A stretch of 32,000 bases of DNA from positions 1,800,001 through 1,832,000 of the forward strand of contig NZ_CP011041.1 in assembly GCF_002310835.1 (NCBI RefSeq). Reading direction: 5' to 3'. This document shows, one piece after another, positions 1 through 9,214 of the stretch; within the stretch, counting starts at the first letter, position 1, and each line of letters begins with the position of its first letter. This stretch comes from Pseudoalteromonas tetraodonis (lineage in GTDB: Bacteria; Pseudomonadota; Gammaproteobacteria; Enterobacterales; Alteromonadaceae). The position numbers were made by a program, and so were the translations under genes. Under the pieces are notes generated by a model. That model did no database searches. It was not told where the DNA came from and saw nothing but the letters and a program-made list of their open reading frames with translations.

Positions 1-2415
1 GATGTTGTGGAATACACCCTCAGAAAGCTCTTCTAGCGATGACGTTGCAAGTGGATGACGTAGCAATGATTTAGGTGTCATTACAATCAGTGGACGACGC
101 AGTGGTCTAACTGATTGACGACGTAACATTGCGTACACTTGCGCCGGTGTTGATGGCACACATACTTGCATGTTGTGATCAGCACAAAGCTGTAAAAAGC
201 GTTCCAGACGAGCCGAGCTGTGCTCTGGACCCTGACCTTCATAGCCATGAGGTAACAAACACGTTAAGCCACATAAGCGACCCCACTTTTGTTCACCTGA
301 ACTTAAGAACTGGTCAAATACCACCTGTGCACCATTAGCGAAATCACCAAATTGTGCTTCCCACAATACTAATGAAGTCGGCTCTGCAGTTGCATAACCA
401 TATTCAAATGCTAATACCGCTTCTTCAGACAGTACTGAGTCGAACACTTCAAACGTACCTTGATCTTCACTAAGGTTCTGTAATGGTAAATACGTTGCAC
501 CATCTTTTTGACTATGAACAACCGCATGACGGTGGAAGAAGGTACCACGGCCTGAATCTTGTCCAGTTAGACGAATATCAGTGCCTTCAGCTGCAATAGT
601 TGCATACGCTAAAGTTTCTGCCATACCCCAATCAAGTGGTTTTTCGCCAGCAGCCATTGCTTTACGATCATCGTATATTTTTTTAACACGAGATTGTGCT
701 TTGTACTCTTCTGGGTAACTTGCAACTATGTTACCAAGTTCTTTAAGCTTTTCTACCGAAACGCTAGCATCGTAATCAACACTCCATTCATGGCCTACAT
801 ACTTAGCCCAATCTGAAGAGTGTGATGTTTCTGGCTGTATTTCTTCAACAACACAGTTGCCATCGTCTAAACCATTACGGTAATCATCAGCAAGCGCTTT
901 CACTTCATCTTCTGTGAAAGAACCTTCAGAAATCAGCTGATCCGCGTAGATTAAGCGAGGTACTGGGTGTTTTTTAATTTTTTGGTACATAATTGGCTGT
1001 GTAGCGTTAGGCTCATCAGCTTCGTTATGACCATGGCGACGGTAACAAACAAGGTCAATCACAACGTCACGTTTAAACTGATTTCTAAAATCAAGCGCGA
1101 GTTGCGTTACAAAAGCAACCGCTTCAGGATCGTCAGAGTTTACGTGGAAAATTGGTGATTGAACCATTTTCGCGATATCAGTACAGTAATCAGTTGAGCG
1201 TACGTCGTCTTTTTTACTTGTTGTAAAACCAACTTGGTTATTAACAACAATACGGATACTACCGCCACAACTAAATGCATTAGTTTGCGATAAGTTAAAC
1301 GTTTCTTGAACAACACCCTGACCTGCAATTGCTGAGTCGCCGTGGATAGTGATTGGAAGTGCTTTGCTGCCTGTTTTGTCATTAAGACGATCAAGACGTG
1401 CACGCACAGAGCCCATAACCACCGGATTTACGATTTCTAAATGCGACGGGTTAAACGCAAGTGCCATGTGCACGTTGCCACCTTTAGTCGCGAAATCTGA
1501 TGAATAACCCATGTGGTATTTAACATCACCTGAGCTTAACGTTTCTTTGTGCTTGCCAGCAAACTCATCAAAAAGTTCTGATGGATTTTTGCCTAGCACA
1601 TTAACAAGAACATTTAAGCGACCGCGGTGAGCCATACCAATAACGGCTTCTTTTTGGCCACTTTCACCGGCACGGTGAATAAGCTCTTTTAACATAGGCA
1701 CTAACGCATCGCCACCTTCAAGTGAGAAACGCTTAGCACCCGGGAACTTAGCACCTAAATATTTTTCAAGACCATCAGCCGCCGTTAATCCCTTGAGGAT
1801 TCGTAGCTTTTCATTTTTATCAAATTTTGGCCTAGACTGAACAGACTCTAAACGCTGTTGTAACCAACGCTTTTCTTCTGTTGATGTGATGTGCATATAC
1901 TCGGCGCCAATAGAACCACAGTAAGTGGTTTTTAGTGCTTGGTATAACTCACCTAAAGGCATAGTATCGCGGCCAACGGCAAACGATCCTACGTTAAATT
2001 CGCGGTCAAAGTCAGCATCCGATAAGTCGTGGTACTCTAGCTCTAAATCTCGTACACGTTCTCGTTGCCAAATACCTAGTGGATCTAGGTTTGCATTTTG
2101 GTGTCCACGAAAACGGAAAGCATTAATAAGTTGCAGTACTTTAACCTGTTTAAGGTCGCCACCACTGCCCTCTGCTACCACTACTTCTCTATGCTTGTTT
2201 TTAGCAAGCGCCGCAAATTGTGAACGAACTTCTGAATGTTTTACTTCAACATCCACACCATCTACTTTTGGTAACTGTTCGAACACTTCTCGCCATTCTT
2301 CTGGCACCGAAGTCGCATCGTCTAAATACGCTTCATAAAGCTCTTCAACATAAGCAACGTTACCGCCGTTTAAATGTGAAGATTCTAGCCATGCCTTCAT
2401 CACACCTTCGTGCAT
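1..2415 (-). CDS. sucA: 2-oxoglutarate dehydrogenase E1 component, C-terminal end cut by the window edge
   Basis: It is missing from the ORF track because its stop lies off-window. The reverse complement from 2415 reads ATG CAC GAA GGT..., giving MHEGVMKAWLESSHLNGGNVAYVEELYEAYLDD, which matches the SucA N-terminus (E. coli ..ALKAWLDSSYLSGANQSWIEQLYEDF). In the same frame, codons 60..1 read RHPLATSSLEELSEGVFHNI, matching E. coli RHPLAVSSLEELANGTF near residue 800. It sits just downstream of sdhCDAB, as in the classical sdh-suc cluster. An AAGGG Shine-Dalgarno lies 7 nt upstream. Confidence 0.93.
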   Translation of the reverse strand, partial: MHEGVMKAWLESSHLNGGNVAYVEELYEAYLDDATSVPEEWREVFEQLPKVDGVDVEVKHSEVRSQFAALAKNKHREVVVAEGSGGDLKQVKVLQLINAFRFRGHQNANLDPLGIWQRERVRDLELEYHDLSDADFDREFNVGSFAVGRDTMPLGELYQALKTTYCGSIGAEYMHITSTEEKRWLQQRLESVQSRPKFDKNEKLRILKGLTAADGLEKYLGAKFPGAKRFSLEGGDALVPMLKELIHRAGESGQKEAVIGMAHRGRLNVLVNVLGKNPSELFDEFAGKHKETLSSGDVKYHMGYSSDFATKGGNVHMALAFNPSHLEIVNPVVMGSVRARLDRLNDKTGSKALPITIHGDSAIAGQGVVQETFNLSQTNAFSCGGSIRIVVNNQVGFTTSKKDDVRSTDYCTDIAKMVQSPIFHVNSDDPEAVAFVTQLALDFRNQFKRDVVIDLVCYRRHGHNEADEPNATQPIMYQKIKKHPVPRLIYADQLISEGSFTEDEVKALADDYRNGLDDGNCVVEEIQPETSHSSDWAKYVGHEWSVDYDASVSVEKLKELGNIVASYPEEYKAQSRVKKIYDDRKAMAAGEKPLDWGMAETLAYATIAAEGTDIRLTGQDSGRGTFFHRHAVVHSQKDGATYLPLQNLSEDQGTFEVFDSVLSEEAVLAFEYGYATAEPTSLVLWEAQFGDFANGAQVVFDQFLSSGEQKWGRLCGLTCLLPHGYEGQGPEHSSARLERFLQLCADHNMQVCVPSTPAQVYAMLRRQSVRPLRRPLIVMTPKSLLRHPLATSSLEELSEGVFHNI

Positions 2416-2459
2416 TTATAAGCCCTTTTTTTTAGCGCAGAAATTAATAGTTATATAAC

Positions 2460-2488
2460 AAGATGGCTAATAAATTATTAGCCATCTT
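2460..2488 (-). promoter_or_regulatory. Perfect 14-bp-arm palindrome in the sdhB-sucA spacer; a possible intercistronic hairpin, attenuator or protein-binding site
   Basis: The sequence is aagatggctaataa-a-ttattagccatctt, with 14-nt arms that are exact reverse complements. It lies 15 nt after the sdhB stop and 45 nt before the sucA ATG. On the transcribed strand it is followed by only a moderately U-rich stretch (guuauauaacuauuaauuu). Confidence 0.35.
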
Positions 2489-2502
2489 TCGTCTACTAGA
2501 AA

Positions 2503-3219
2503 TTAAACCGAGCGGTTTAATAACATAGATTTTATTTGTCCAATTGCTTTGGTCGGATTAAGACCCTTAGGACAAACGCTAACACAGTTCATGATACTGT
2601 GGCAACGGAACACACTGAATGCATCGTCTAAGTCAGCTAAACGCTCTTCTGTTGCTGTGTCTCGGCTATCAGCTAAGAAACGGTAAGCATGAAGAAGGCC
2701 TGCTGGACCTATAAACTTATCTGGATTCCACCAGAAAGAAGGACACGATGTAGAACAACATGCACATAAAATACACTCGTAAAGCCCATCTAATTTATCA
2801 CGTTCTTCGATAGATTGAAGACGTTCACCTGCAGCAGGCTCATCATTAATTAGATACGGTTTTACTTTTTCGTATTGAGTGTAGAACTGACTCATGTCAA
2901 TAACAAGGTCACGAACAACAGGAAGTCCAGGTAATGGACGCACTACGATTTTACCTTTGCCATTTTTTTGCAGCGTAGATAAGGGAGTAATACATGCTAA
3001 ACCGTTCTTACCATTCATGTTTACGCCGTCTGAACCACACACGCCTTCACGGCATGAACGACGAAACGATAGTGTAGGATCTTGCTCTTTTAATAGTAAA
3101 AGTGCATCCAATACCATCATGTCTTGGCCTTCCTCAGTTTGCAAAGTGTAATCTTGCATACGAGGTGCGTTATCAACATCCGGATTGTAACGATAAACTG
3201 AAAATTGTACTTGTGCCAT
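2503..3219 (-). CDS. sdhB: Succinate dehydrogenase iron-sulfur subunit
   Basis: Three Cys clusters are present: CREGVCGSDGVNMNGKNGLAC, CILCACCSTSCP and CHSIMNCVSVCP. I moved the start to the ATG at 3219 (MAQVQFSVYRYNPD), which gives 238 aa as in E. coli and has an AGGAG 7 nt upstream. The 15-aa extension in the ORF track would overlap sdhA. Confidence 0.95.
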   Translation of the reverse strand: MAQVQFSVYRYNPDVDNAPRMQDYTLQTEEGQDMMVLDALLLLKEQDPTLSFRRSCREGVCGSDGVNMNGKNGLACITPLSTLQKNGKGKIVVRPLPGLPVVRDLVIDMSQFYTQYEKVKPYLINDEPAAGERLQSIEERDKLDGLYECILCACCSTSCPSFWWNPDKFIGPAGLLHAYRFLADSRDTATEERLADLDDAFSVFRCHSIMNCVSVCPKGLNPTKAIGQIKSMLLNRSV

Positions 3220-3229
3220 CGTCTCGCTC

Positions 3230-5002
3230 CTAGTAGGTACGTGCTTTAGGTGGGAAAGCTTCACGTGTTTTAGGCTCGTAGTTTACTTTACGCTTGCTCA
3301 TTTCATCCGTTACCGGATTAAATACTGAGTGACATAACCAGTTTTCGTCATCACGATCTGGGAAGTCAAAGCGAGAGTGTGCGCCACGGCTTTCAGTACG
3401 GAAGTTTGCAGCTACTGCAGTTGAGTAGGCTGTTTCCATTAAGTTGTCTAGTTCTAAACATTCAATACGCATGGTGTTAAAATCTGATGATTTGTCATCA
3501 AGACGCGCGTGCTGTAAACGTTCACGGATTTCTTTAAGTTCAGTAAGACCTGTAGCCATTGAGTCACCTTCACGGAATACCGAGAAGTTAAGCTGCATAC
3601 ATTGTTGTAGGTCTTTCTTGATTTGAACTGGGTCTTCGCCTTGACCAGCTGTTGAGTTTTCCCAACGGTTAAAGCGCGCAAGAGACGCTTCTAGGTCAGA
3701 CTCTGAAGCCGCTTTAGAAATTTCAACGTCATTTAGGTATTTACCTAAGAAGTTACCTGCTGCACGGCCAAATACAACTAAATCAAGTAATGAGTTACCA
3801 CCTAAGCGGTTAGCACCATGTACAGATACACAGGCAATCTCACCAACAGCAAATAAACCTTGTACTACTTTTTCGTTGCCAGCAGCATCGATATTAAGTA
3901 CTTGACCATTTACGTTTGTTGGCACACCACCCATCATGTAGTGACATGTTGGGATAACTGGAATCGGTTCTTTTGCAGGATCAACGTGAGCAAATGTTTT
4001 AGCAAGATCACATACACCTGGAAGACGTAAGTTAAGCGTTTCTTCGCCTAAGTGGTCAAGTTTCAACTTAAGGTGAGGACCCCAAGGACCATCACAACCA
4101 CGACCTTCACGAATTTCTGTCATCATTGAACGAGCAACAACGTCACGAGACGCTAAATCTTTAGCATTTGGTGCGTAACGTTCCATGAAGCGTTCGCCAT
4201 CTTTATTTAAAAGATAACCACCTTCACCACGACAACCTTCAGTTACTAGCGTACCAGCGCCAGCTATACCTGTCGGGTGGAACTGCCACATTTCCATGTC
4301 TTGCATAGAAATACCAGCACGTGCAGCCATACCAACACCGTCACCGGTATTAATGTGAGCATTGGTTGTTGATGCGAAAATACGACCTGCACCACCTGTC
4401 GCTAACACAACTGCTTTTGATTTGAAGAAGGTGATTTCACCTGTTTCAATTTCAATCGCTGTACAGCCTACTACATCGCCATTATCGTTTTTAACTAAAT
4501 CAAGTGCATACCATTCTGAGAATACATTGGTTTTGTTTTTAACGTTTTGTTGATAAAGAAGATGTAATAATGCATGACCCGTACGGTCAGCTGCTGCTGC
4601 AGTACGCGCAGCCTGTTCACCACCAAAGTTTTTCGATTGACCACCGAAAGGACGTTGGTAAACACGGCCATTTTCAAAACGCGAAAATGGTAAGCCCATG
4701 TTTTCTAATTCAGTAATAGCTTCTGGGCCAGTTTGACACATGTATTCGATAGCGTCTTGGTCACCGATAAAATCGGAACCTTTAACGGTATCATACATAT
4801 GCCATTCCCAGTTATCTTCATGCGAGTTACCTAACGCGACTGTAATACCGCCTTGAGCAGATACAGTGTGTGAGCGTGTCGGGAAAACTTTAGAGATTAG
4901 CGCACATGTTTTGCCAGATTCAGTAATAGCAAGAGCAGCGCGCATACCTGCACCACCGGCACCAATTACTACGGCGTCAAATTCACGAACAGAATATTTC
5001 AC
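3230..5002 (-). CDS. sdhA: Succinate dehydrogenase flavoprotein subunit
   Basis: The N-terminus [24 protein letters not shown] is a FAD dinucleotide fold. [10 protein letters not shown] is the covalent-FAD histidine motif. The protein is 590 aa. It starts with GTG directly after the sdhD TAA. Confidence 0.96.
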   Translation of the reverse strand: MKYSVREFDAVVIGAGGAGMRAALAITESGKTCALISKVFPTRSHTVSAQGGITVALGNSHEDNWEWHMYDTVKGSDFIGDQDAIEYMCQTGPEAITELENMGLPFSRFENGRVYQRPFGGQSKNFGGEQAARTAAAADRTGHALLHLLYQQNVKNKTNVFSEWYALDLVKNDNGDVVGCTAIEIETGEITFFKSKAVVLATGGAGRIFASTTNAHINTGDGVGMAARAGISMQDMEMWQFHPTGIAGAGTLVTEGCRGEGGYLLNKDGERFMERYAPNAKDLASRDVVARSMMTEIREGRGCDGPWGPHLKLKLDHLGEETLNLRLPGVCDLAKTFAHVDPAKEPIPVIPTCHYMMGGVPTNVNGQVLNIDAAGNEKVVQGLFAVGEIACVSVHGANRLGGNSLLDLVVFGRAAGNFLGKYLNDVEISKAASESDLEASLARFNRWENSTAGQGEDPVQIKKDLQQCMQLNFSVFREGDSMATGLTELKEIRERLQHARLDDKSSDFNTMRIECLELDNLMETAYSTAVAANFRTESRGAHSRFDFPDRDDENWLCHSVFNPVTDEMSKRKVNYEPKTREAFPPKARTY

Positions 5003-5350
5003 TTAAACACCCCATAAAACGATTAAACCCACAGCTACGTAAGCAACAGCCATTAGGTTTAGTACAAAGCCTAAAAAAGCACGCAATTTAGCGTTCTTTA
5101 CATAGTCGGTAAGAACCTGCCAAAGGCCGATACGGGTATGAACCATAATGCAAACTAGGGTGATTAACGTTGCCCCTTTCATTGCTAGGTTTGAGAATAG
5201 GCCTGTCCAGGCTTCATATGTGACTTCTGGCATTGCTAAAAAATAGCCAATAATAAAGATTGCATACGCGCTGATTATTAATGCCGTTGTGCGTAAAGAT
5301 ACAAAATCTTGTACGCCATCACGTTTAAGAGTTGCTTGATTTAAGACCAT
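5003..5350 (-). CDS. sdhD: Succinate dehydrogenase membrane anchor subunit
   Basis: It is a 115-aa polytopic protein. MVLNQATLKRDGVQDF aligns with E. coli MVSNASALGRNGVHDF, and WQVLTDYVK is conserved. I chose the ATG at 5350, which overlaps the sdhC stop by 10 nt. The GTG at 5356 used by the ORF track adds 2 aa. Confidence 0.9.
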   Translation of the reverse strand: MVLNQATLKRDGVQDFVSLRTTALIISAYAIFIIGYFLAMPEVTYEAWTGLFSNLAMKGATLITLVCIMVHTRIGLWQVLTDYVKNAKLRAFLGFVLNLMAVAYVAVGLIVLWGV

Positions 5351-5718
5351 ATCCACACCCCTGCCAATACAGCAAACACAACGCCAAGTGCCATCGCAAT
5401 TTTAGCGCTAGTATTGCCTGATTCAAGTTCTTCCCAATGCCCCATATCCATAATAATGTGACGGATACCACCGATAAGGTGATAACCCAATACAGAAAGG
5501 GTGCCCCAAGCTATAAATTTGGCAATGAATCCGTTAAACAGACTCTTGACGAATTCAAAACCTTCAGCTGAAGAAAGAGACTCTGACCAAGCCCAAATGA
5601 CAAACGTTAAAGCAAAAAATAATGCAACACCGGTGACGCGGTGAAAAATTGAAGCTTTAGCCGTTGCCGGCATAGATATAGTTGTTAGATCTAGATTTAC
5701 AGGTCTTTGCTTTTTCAC
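5341..5718 (-). CDS. sdhC: Succinate dehydrogenase cytochrome b556 subunit
   Basis: VKKQRPVNLDL matches E. coli SdhC residues 5-15. The protein has three TM helices and contains HRVTGV. It starts with GTG at 5716-5718. There is no in-frame ATG, GTG or TTG upstream before the stop at 5818-5820. Confidence 0.92.
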   Translation of the reverse strand: MKKQRPVNLDLTTISMPATAKASIFHRVTGVALFFALTFVIWAWSESLSSAEGFEFVKSLFNGFIAKFIAWGTLSVLGYHLIGGIRHIIMDMGHWEELESGNTSAKIAMALGVVFAVLAGVWIWS

Positions 5719-6124
5719 AGTTACTTGCCCATCTTGCCCGCAGTGGGGCTCATCTACTTGTTTTTCTAAAACCCACCAAATGTTTCTGGTGGAACTATCA
5801 AAATAAACGTATTGATACTAATAAAGTTCACTTTTTATGAAAATTATTATGTAAAAAAAAGTTTACCCAAATACAAATTGGTTAAAAACCTCCGTTAGTA
5901 TATATAGCCGGAGACTCTTTTACAATTCTTGTTTACTTTGAGTCGTTTGCGAATTAGCCAATGGTATAATATTCAATCTATACCGAATATTTATTATACA
6001 TATGTGCATAATACTTATAAAAATTGACTTTATACCCCTCTTTCACGTTAAAATGTAAAGATGTGCTTAGAATAGATTTTAGAATATAAAAATCAGAATA
6101 GTTATCTTAATAGGAGATACATAG
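5719..6124. promoter_or_regulatory. Divergent sdhC / gltA control region, 406 bp and AT-rich
   Basis: This is the classical divergent sdhCDAB-gltA arrangement. Plus-strand gltA candidates are an extended -10 tggTATAAT at 5962-5970 and TTGACT at 6024-6029 with TAAAAT 18-19 nt downstream. The gltA Shine-Dalgarno is AGGAG at 6113-6117. I could not assign an sdhC promoter with any confidence. Confidence 0.6.
5962..5970 (+). promoter_or_regulatory. Candidate extended -10 promoter element (TGnTATAAT) for gltA
   Basis: There is an exact TGGTATAAT on the gltA strand, about 155 nt upstream of the ATG. No good -35 is present. A long gltA leader is known in E. coli. Confidence 0.3.
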
Positions 6125-7411
6125 ATGGCAGATAAGAAAGCCACGGTCCATATTGATGGGCTAGATCCAATCGAACTTCCAATTTATCAAGGTACTGCTG
6201 GCCAAGATGTAATTGACGTACGTACACTCGGCTCACATGGTCACTTTACTTATGACCCAGGTTTCATGTCGACTGGTTCTTGTGAATCTACCATCACTTA
6301 CATCGATGGTGGCAAGGGTGTTTTATTACACCGTGGTTACCCAATCGAACAGTTAGCAGAAAGCTCTAACTACGTTGAGTTATGCTACTTACTATTAAAT
6401 GGTGAGTTACCAACTAAAGAGCAATACGATGATTTCGCTACAAAAATCACTCGTAGCACTATGCTAGATGAAAAAATCGCAAACTTCTTCCAAGGTTTCC
6501 GTTTTGACGCTCACCCTATGGCGATGCTATGTGGTGTGGTTGGTGCTTTATCTTCTTTCTACCATGAAGATCTGGATATCACTGATGCAGTTCAACGTAA
6601 AACAAGCGCTATTAAATTAGTTGCTAAGTTACCAACAATTGCAGCAATGGCGTACAAAACAAACATCGGTCAACCATTTGTATACCCACGCAATGACTTA
6701 AGCTATGCAGAAAACTTCTTACACATGATGTTCTCTGTGCCTGCTGAAGAATACAAAGTAAACCCTGTCACAGCTAAAGCAATGGATAAAATCTTCATGC
6801 TTCATGCTGACCATGAGCAAAATGCATCAACGTCTACAGTACGTTTAGCAGGTTCTTCTGGTGCTAACCCTTATGCATGTATTGCTGCGGGTATTGCATC
6901 ACTTTGGGGCCCTGCTCACGGCGGTGCTAACGAAGCATGTTTAAACATGTTAGAAGAAATTGGCTCAGTTGATCGCATTGACGAATACGTAGCAAAAGCA
7001 AAAGATAAAGCGGACCCGTTCCGTCTTATGGGCTTTGGACACCGTGTTTACAAAAACTTCGATCCTCGTGCAACAGTAATGCGTCAAACATGTCATGAAG
7101 TGTTAGCAGAGTTAAACATTCAAGATCCATTGCTTGATATCGCAATGAAACTAGAGCAAATTGCACTTGAAGACCCGTACTTTGTTGAGAAGAAACTTTA
7201 CCCTAACGTAGATTTCTACTCAGGTATTATCTTAAAAGCAATCGGCATCCCTACCAGCATGTTCACTGTAATCTTTGCAATGGCACGTACTGTAGGTTGG
7301 ATCTCACACTGGGACGAGATGCTTTCTCAACCTGGCCACAAGATCAGCCGTCCACGTCAGCTTTACACAGGTGAAACACACCGTGATTATAAAGCAACTG
7401 ACAAGCGCTAA
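6125..7411 (+). CDS. gltA: Type II citrate synthase
   Basis: The protein is 428 aa and carries the citrate synthase signature [14 protein letters not shown], plus [10 protein letters not shown] and PNVDFYSG. Confidence 0.97.
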   Translation: MADKKATVHIDGLDPIELPIYQGTAGQDVIDVRTLGSHGHFTYDPGFMSTGSCESTITYIDGGKGVLLHRGYPIEQLAESSNYVELCYLLLNGELPTKEQYDDFATKITRSTMLDEKIANFFQGFRFDAHPMAMLCGVVGALSSFYHEDLDITDAVQRKTSAIKLVAKLPTIAAMAYKTNIGQPFVYPRNDLSYAENFLHMMFSVPAEEYKVNPVTAKAMDKIFMLHADHEQNASTSTVRLAGSSGANPYACIAAGIASLWGPAHGGANEACLNMLEEIGSVDRIDEYVAKAKDKADPFRLMGFGHRVYKNFDPRATVMRQTCHEVLAELNIQDPLLDIAMKLEQIALEDPYFVEKKLYPNVDFYSGIILKAIGIPTSMFTVIFAMARTVGWISHWDEMLSQPGHKISRPRQLYTGETHRDYKATDKR

Positions 7412-7426
7412 GCATTAAGTTAGTTT

Positions 7427-7453
7427 AAAAGGCCGCCTCTGCGGCCTTTTTTA
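7427..7453 (+). terminator. Rho-independent terminator of gltA
   Basis: The sequence is aaaa GGCCGC ctct GCGGCC tttttta, located 16 nt after the gltA stop. Confidence 0.85.
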
Positions 7454-7464
7454 TTACCTGCTAC

Positions 7465-7492
7465 TTGAGAATTATCTTAAACAGATTACAAT
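7465..7492 (+). promoter_or_regulatory. Candidate sigma70 promoter for csdA-csdE
   Basis: TTGAGA (7465-7470) is followed by a 16-nt spacer and TACAAT (7487-7492), 31 nt upstream of the csdA ATG. Confidence 0.35.
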
Positions 7493-7522
7493 TCCTGCCC
7501 ACTTGATTAACTTTATGAGCCT

Positions 7523-8749
7523 ATGTCTGTGTCCTCGTTTGATCCTAAAAAAATCCGTAATGACTTTCCTACTCTAAATCAGACAATTAATGGCTACCCT
7601 CTTGTTTATTTAGACTCAGCAGCAACAACACAAAAACCACAATGCGTGATTGACGCTACGACACAGTTTTACACCTTACAGAATGCAAATGTTCACCGCG
7701 GACGTCATACGCTGAGTGAGCAAGCTACAGCGGCTTATGAGCAAGTACGTCAACGCGTTGCCGATTATTTTCAGGTAACCAGTAGCGAAATTGTCTGGAC
7801 CAAAGGCGCCACTGAAGCGATTAACTTAGTTGCTCATGGTTTAAGAAATACATTAACAGCTGCTGACACTATTTTAATTAGCCCAATCGAACACCACGCT
7901 AATATCGTGCCGTGGCAAGAACTGGCAGCGCAAACCGGGGCAACATTAAAAACTTTACCACTTAATACAGATGCTACGTTTGATATAGCACAGTGTTGTG
8001 AAGTGATTAAGCGCACCAACCCTGCACTACTGGCTATTACTCACGCCTCTAATGCACTAGGCAATATTACTGATTTAGCCCCCTTAATAGCCTCAGCGAA
8101 GGCGGTAGGCGCGCTAACCTTAGTGGATGGCGCACAAGGGGCGCTGCATTTAAGACCGGATTTAAAAAAGCTCGATTGTGATTTTTACGTGTTTTCTGCT
8201 CATAAAATGGTGGGGCCGACAGGGCTAGGCGGTTTATATGGCCGTTATACAGCCCTTAATGCACTATCGCCTTATCAAACAGGCGGTGAAATGATTGAGA
8301 AAGTAACCTTAACGCACAGTACTTATCGTGACGCTCCCGCTAAATTTGAAGCAGGAACGCCAAATATAGCCGGCGTTTTAGGTTTTAGCGCTGCACTTGA
8401 GTATTTAATGGCGCTTGATCTGCAAACATTACAGCACTATGAACAGCAGTTGTTTATTTATGCAGCGAACGCATTGGGCAAAATAGACGGTATTATTATC
8501 TACAGCGACCTCAAATCGAATATTGGCACACTTTGCTTTAATTATAAAAATGAACATCCTTATGATCTGTCAACTTTACTTGACGGCTATGGTGTTGCTG
8601 TACGAAGTGGTCATCATTGTACCCAACCTTTAATGAGTCATTTAAACCTAAATGGTTCACTGAGAGCGAGTTTTGCTTTTTATAATACGACTAAAGATGT
8701 AGACCAATTTATTGCCGCACTCAAAGAATGCATTGCTTTATTAGACTAA
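7523..8749 (+). CDS. csdA: Cysteine desulfurase / sulfinate desulfinase, class V aminotransferase, CsdA-like
   Basis: The PLP-lysine motif is FSAHKMVGPTGLG and the catalytic Cys loop is RSGHHCTQPLM. The C-terminus LRASFAFYNTTKDVD matches E. coli CsdA LRASFAPYNTKSDVD. A SufE/CsdE-type gene follows. Confidence 0.88.
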   Translation: MSVSSFDPKKIRNDFPTLNQTINGYPLVYLDSAATTQKPQCVIDATTQFYTLQNANVHRGRHTLSEQATAAYEQVRQRVADYFQVTSSEIVWTKGATEAINLVAHGLRNTLTAADTILISPIEHHANIVPWQELAAQTGATLKTLPLNTDATFDIAQCCEVIKRTNPALLAITHASNALGNITDLAPLIASAKAVGALTLVDGAQGALHLRPDLKKLDCDFYVFSAHKMVGPTGLGGLYGRYTALNALSPYQTGGEMIEKVTLTHSTYRDAPAKFEAGTPNIAGVLGFSAALEYLMALDLQTLQHYEQQLFIYAANALGKIDGIIIYSDLKSNIGTLCFNYKNEHPYDLSTLLDGYGVAVRSGHHCTQPLMSHLNLNGSLRASFAFYNTTKDVDQFIAALKECIALLD

Positions 8750-8761
8750 TTTGGATAAATA

Positions 8762-9178
8762 ATGACACACACATATCAACTCGTAACTAAAAGTATTCAA
8801 AGCAGTAGTAGCTGGCAACAAAAGTACCGCGAAATTATGTTACTCGGTAAAACGCTGCCACCTTTAGCCGATATATTAAAAACAGATGATGCGTTAGTGC
8901 CAGGCTGTGAGAGTAAAGTATGGATGTTTGTTGAGTTTGACCTAACCGAGAATGCACTGGTTGTAATTGGAGACTCTGATACTCGCATAGTAAAAGGCTT
9001 ATTGGCGTTAATTTTAGCCCTGTATAACGGTTTAACACCCGAAGAAGTGTTAGCAGTAAATGCTTATGATGAATTTGAAAAGCTTGGCTTAATCAGTCAT
9101 TTGAGTGCGTCAAGGGGCAATGGAGTAAAAGCCATGGTTGAAACAATACAAACCATGGCCAAACAAAAAGCGCTTTAA
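8762..9178 (+). CDS. csdE: SufE/CsdE-family sulfur acceptor protein
   Basis: The protein is 138 aa with the acceptor-Cys motif VPGCESKVW. It lies 12 nt downstream of csdA. Confidence 0.85.
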   Translation: MTHTYQLVTKSIQSSSSWQQKYREIMLLGKTLPPLADILKTDDALVPGCESKVWMFVEFDLTENALVVIGDSDTRIVKGLLALILALYNGLTPEEVLAVNAYDEFEKLGLISHLSASRGNGVKAMVETIQTMAKQKAL

Positions 9179-9187
9179 GCGCTTTTT
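9165..9187. terminator. Short bidirectional hairpin between convergent csdE and tcdA
   Basis: The sequence aaaaagcgct-tta-agcgcttttt has 10-nt arms, a GC core of only 6 bp and a 3-nt loop, flanked by an A-run and a T-run. It overlaps the csdE stop codon. Confidence 0.45.
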
Positions 9188-9214
9188 AAATACTATTAAA
9201 CCAAAACACTTTAT

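Noticed and set aside
1925-2338. A 137-aa plus-strand ORF, along with other listed ORFs in 129-2435, lies opposite sucA.
   Set aside because: The minus-strand frame encodes an uninterrupted SucA homologue across 1-2415. The listed ORFs are shadow ORFs, and sucA is missing from the track only because its stop is off-window.
3220-3264. The ORF track gives sdhB a 15-aa N-terminal extension ([15 protein letters not shown]).
   Set aside because: The extension would overlap the sdhA 3' end. The internal ATG at 3219 has an AGGAG Shine-Dalgarno and yields the canonical 238-aa SdhB beginning MAQ..F..YRYNPD.
5838-5855. A tiny ORF, ATG AAA ATT ATT ATG TAA, lies in the sdhC-gltA spacer and could be a leader peptide.
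   Set aside because: It has five codons, no Shine-Dalgarno and sits in very AT-rich DNA where such ORFs arise by chance.
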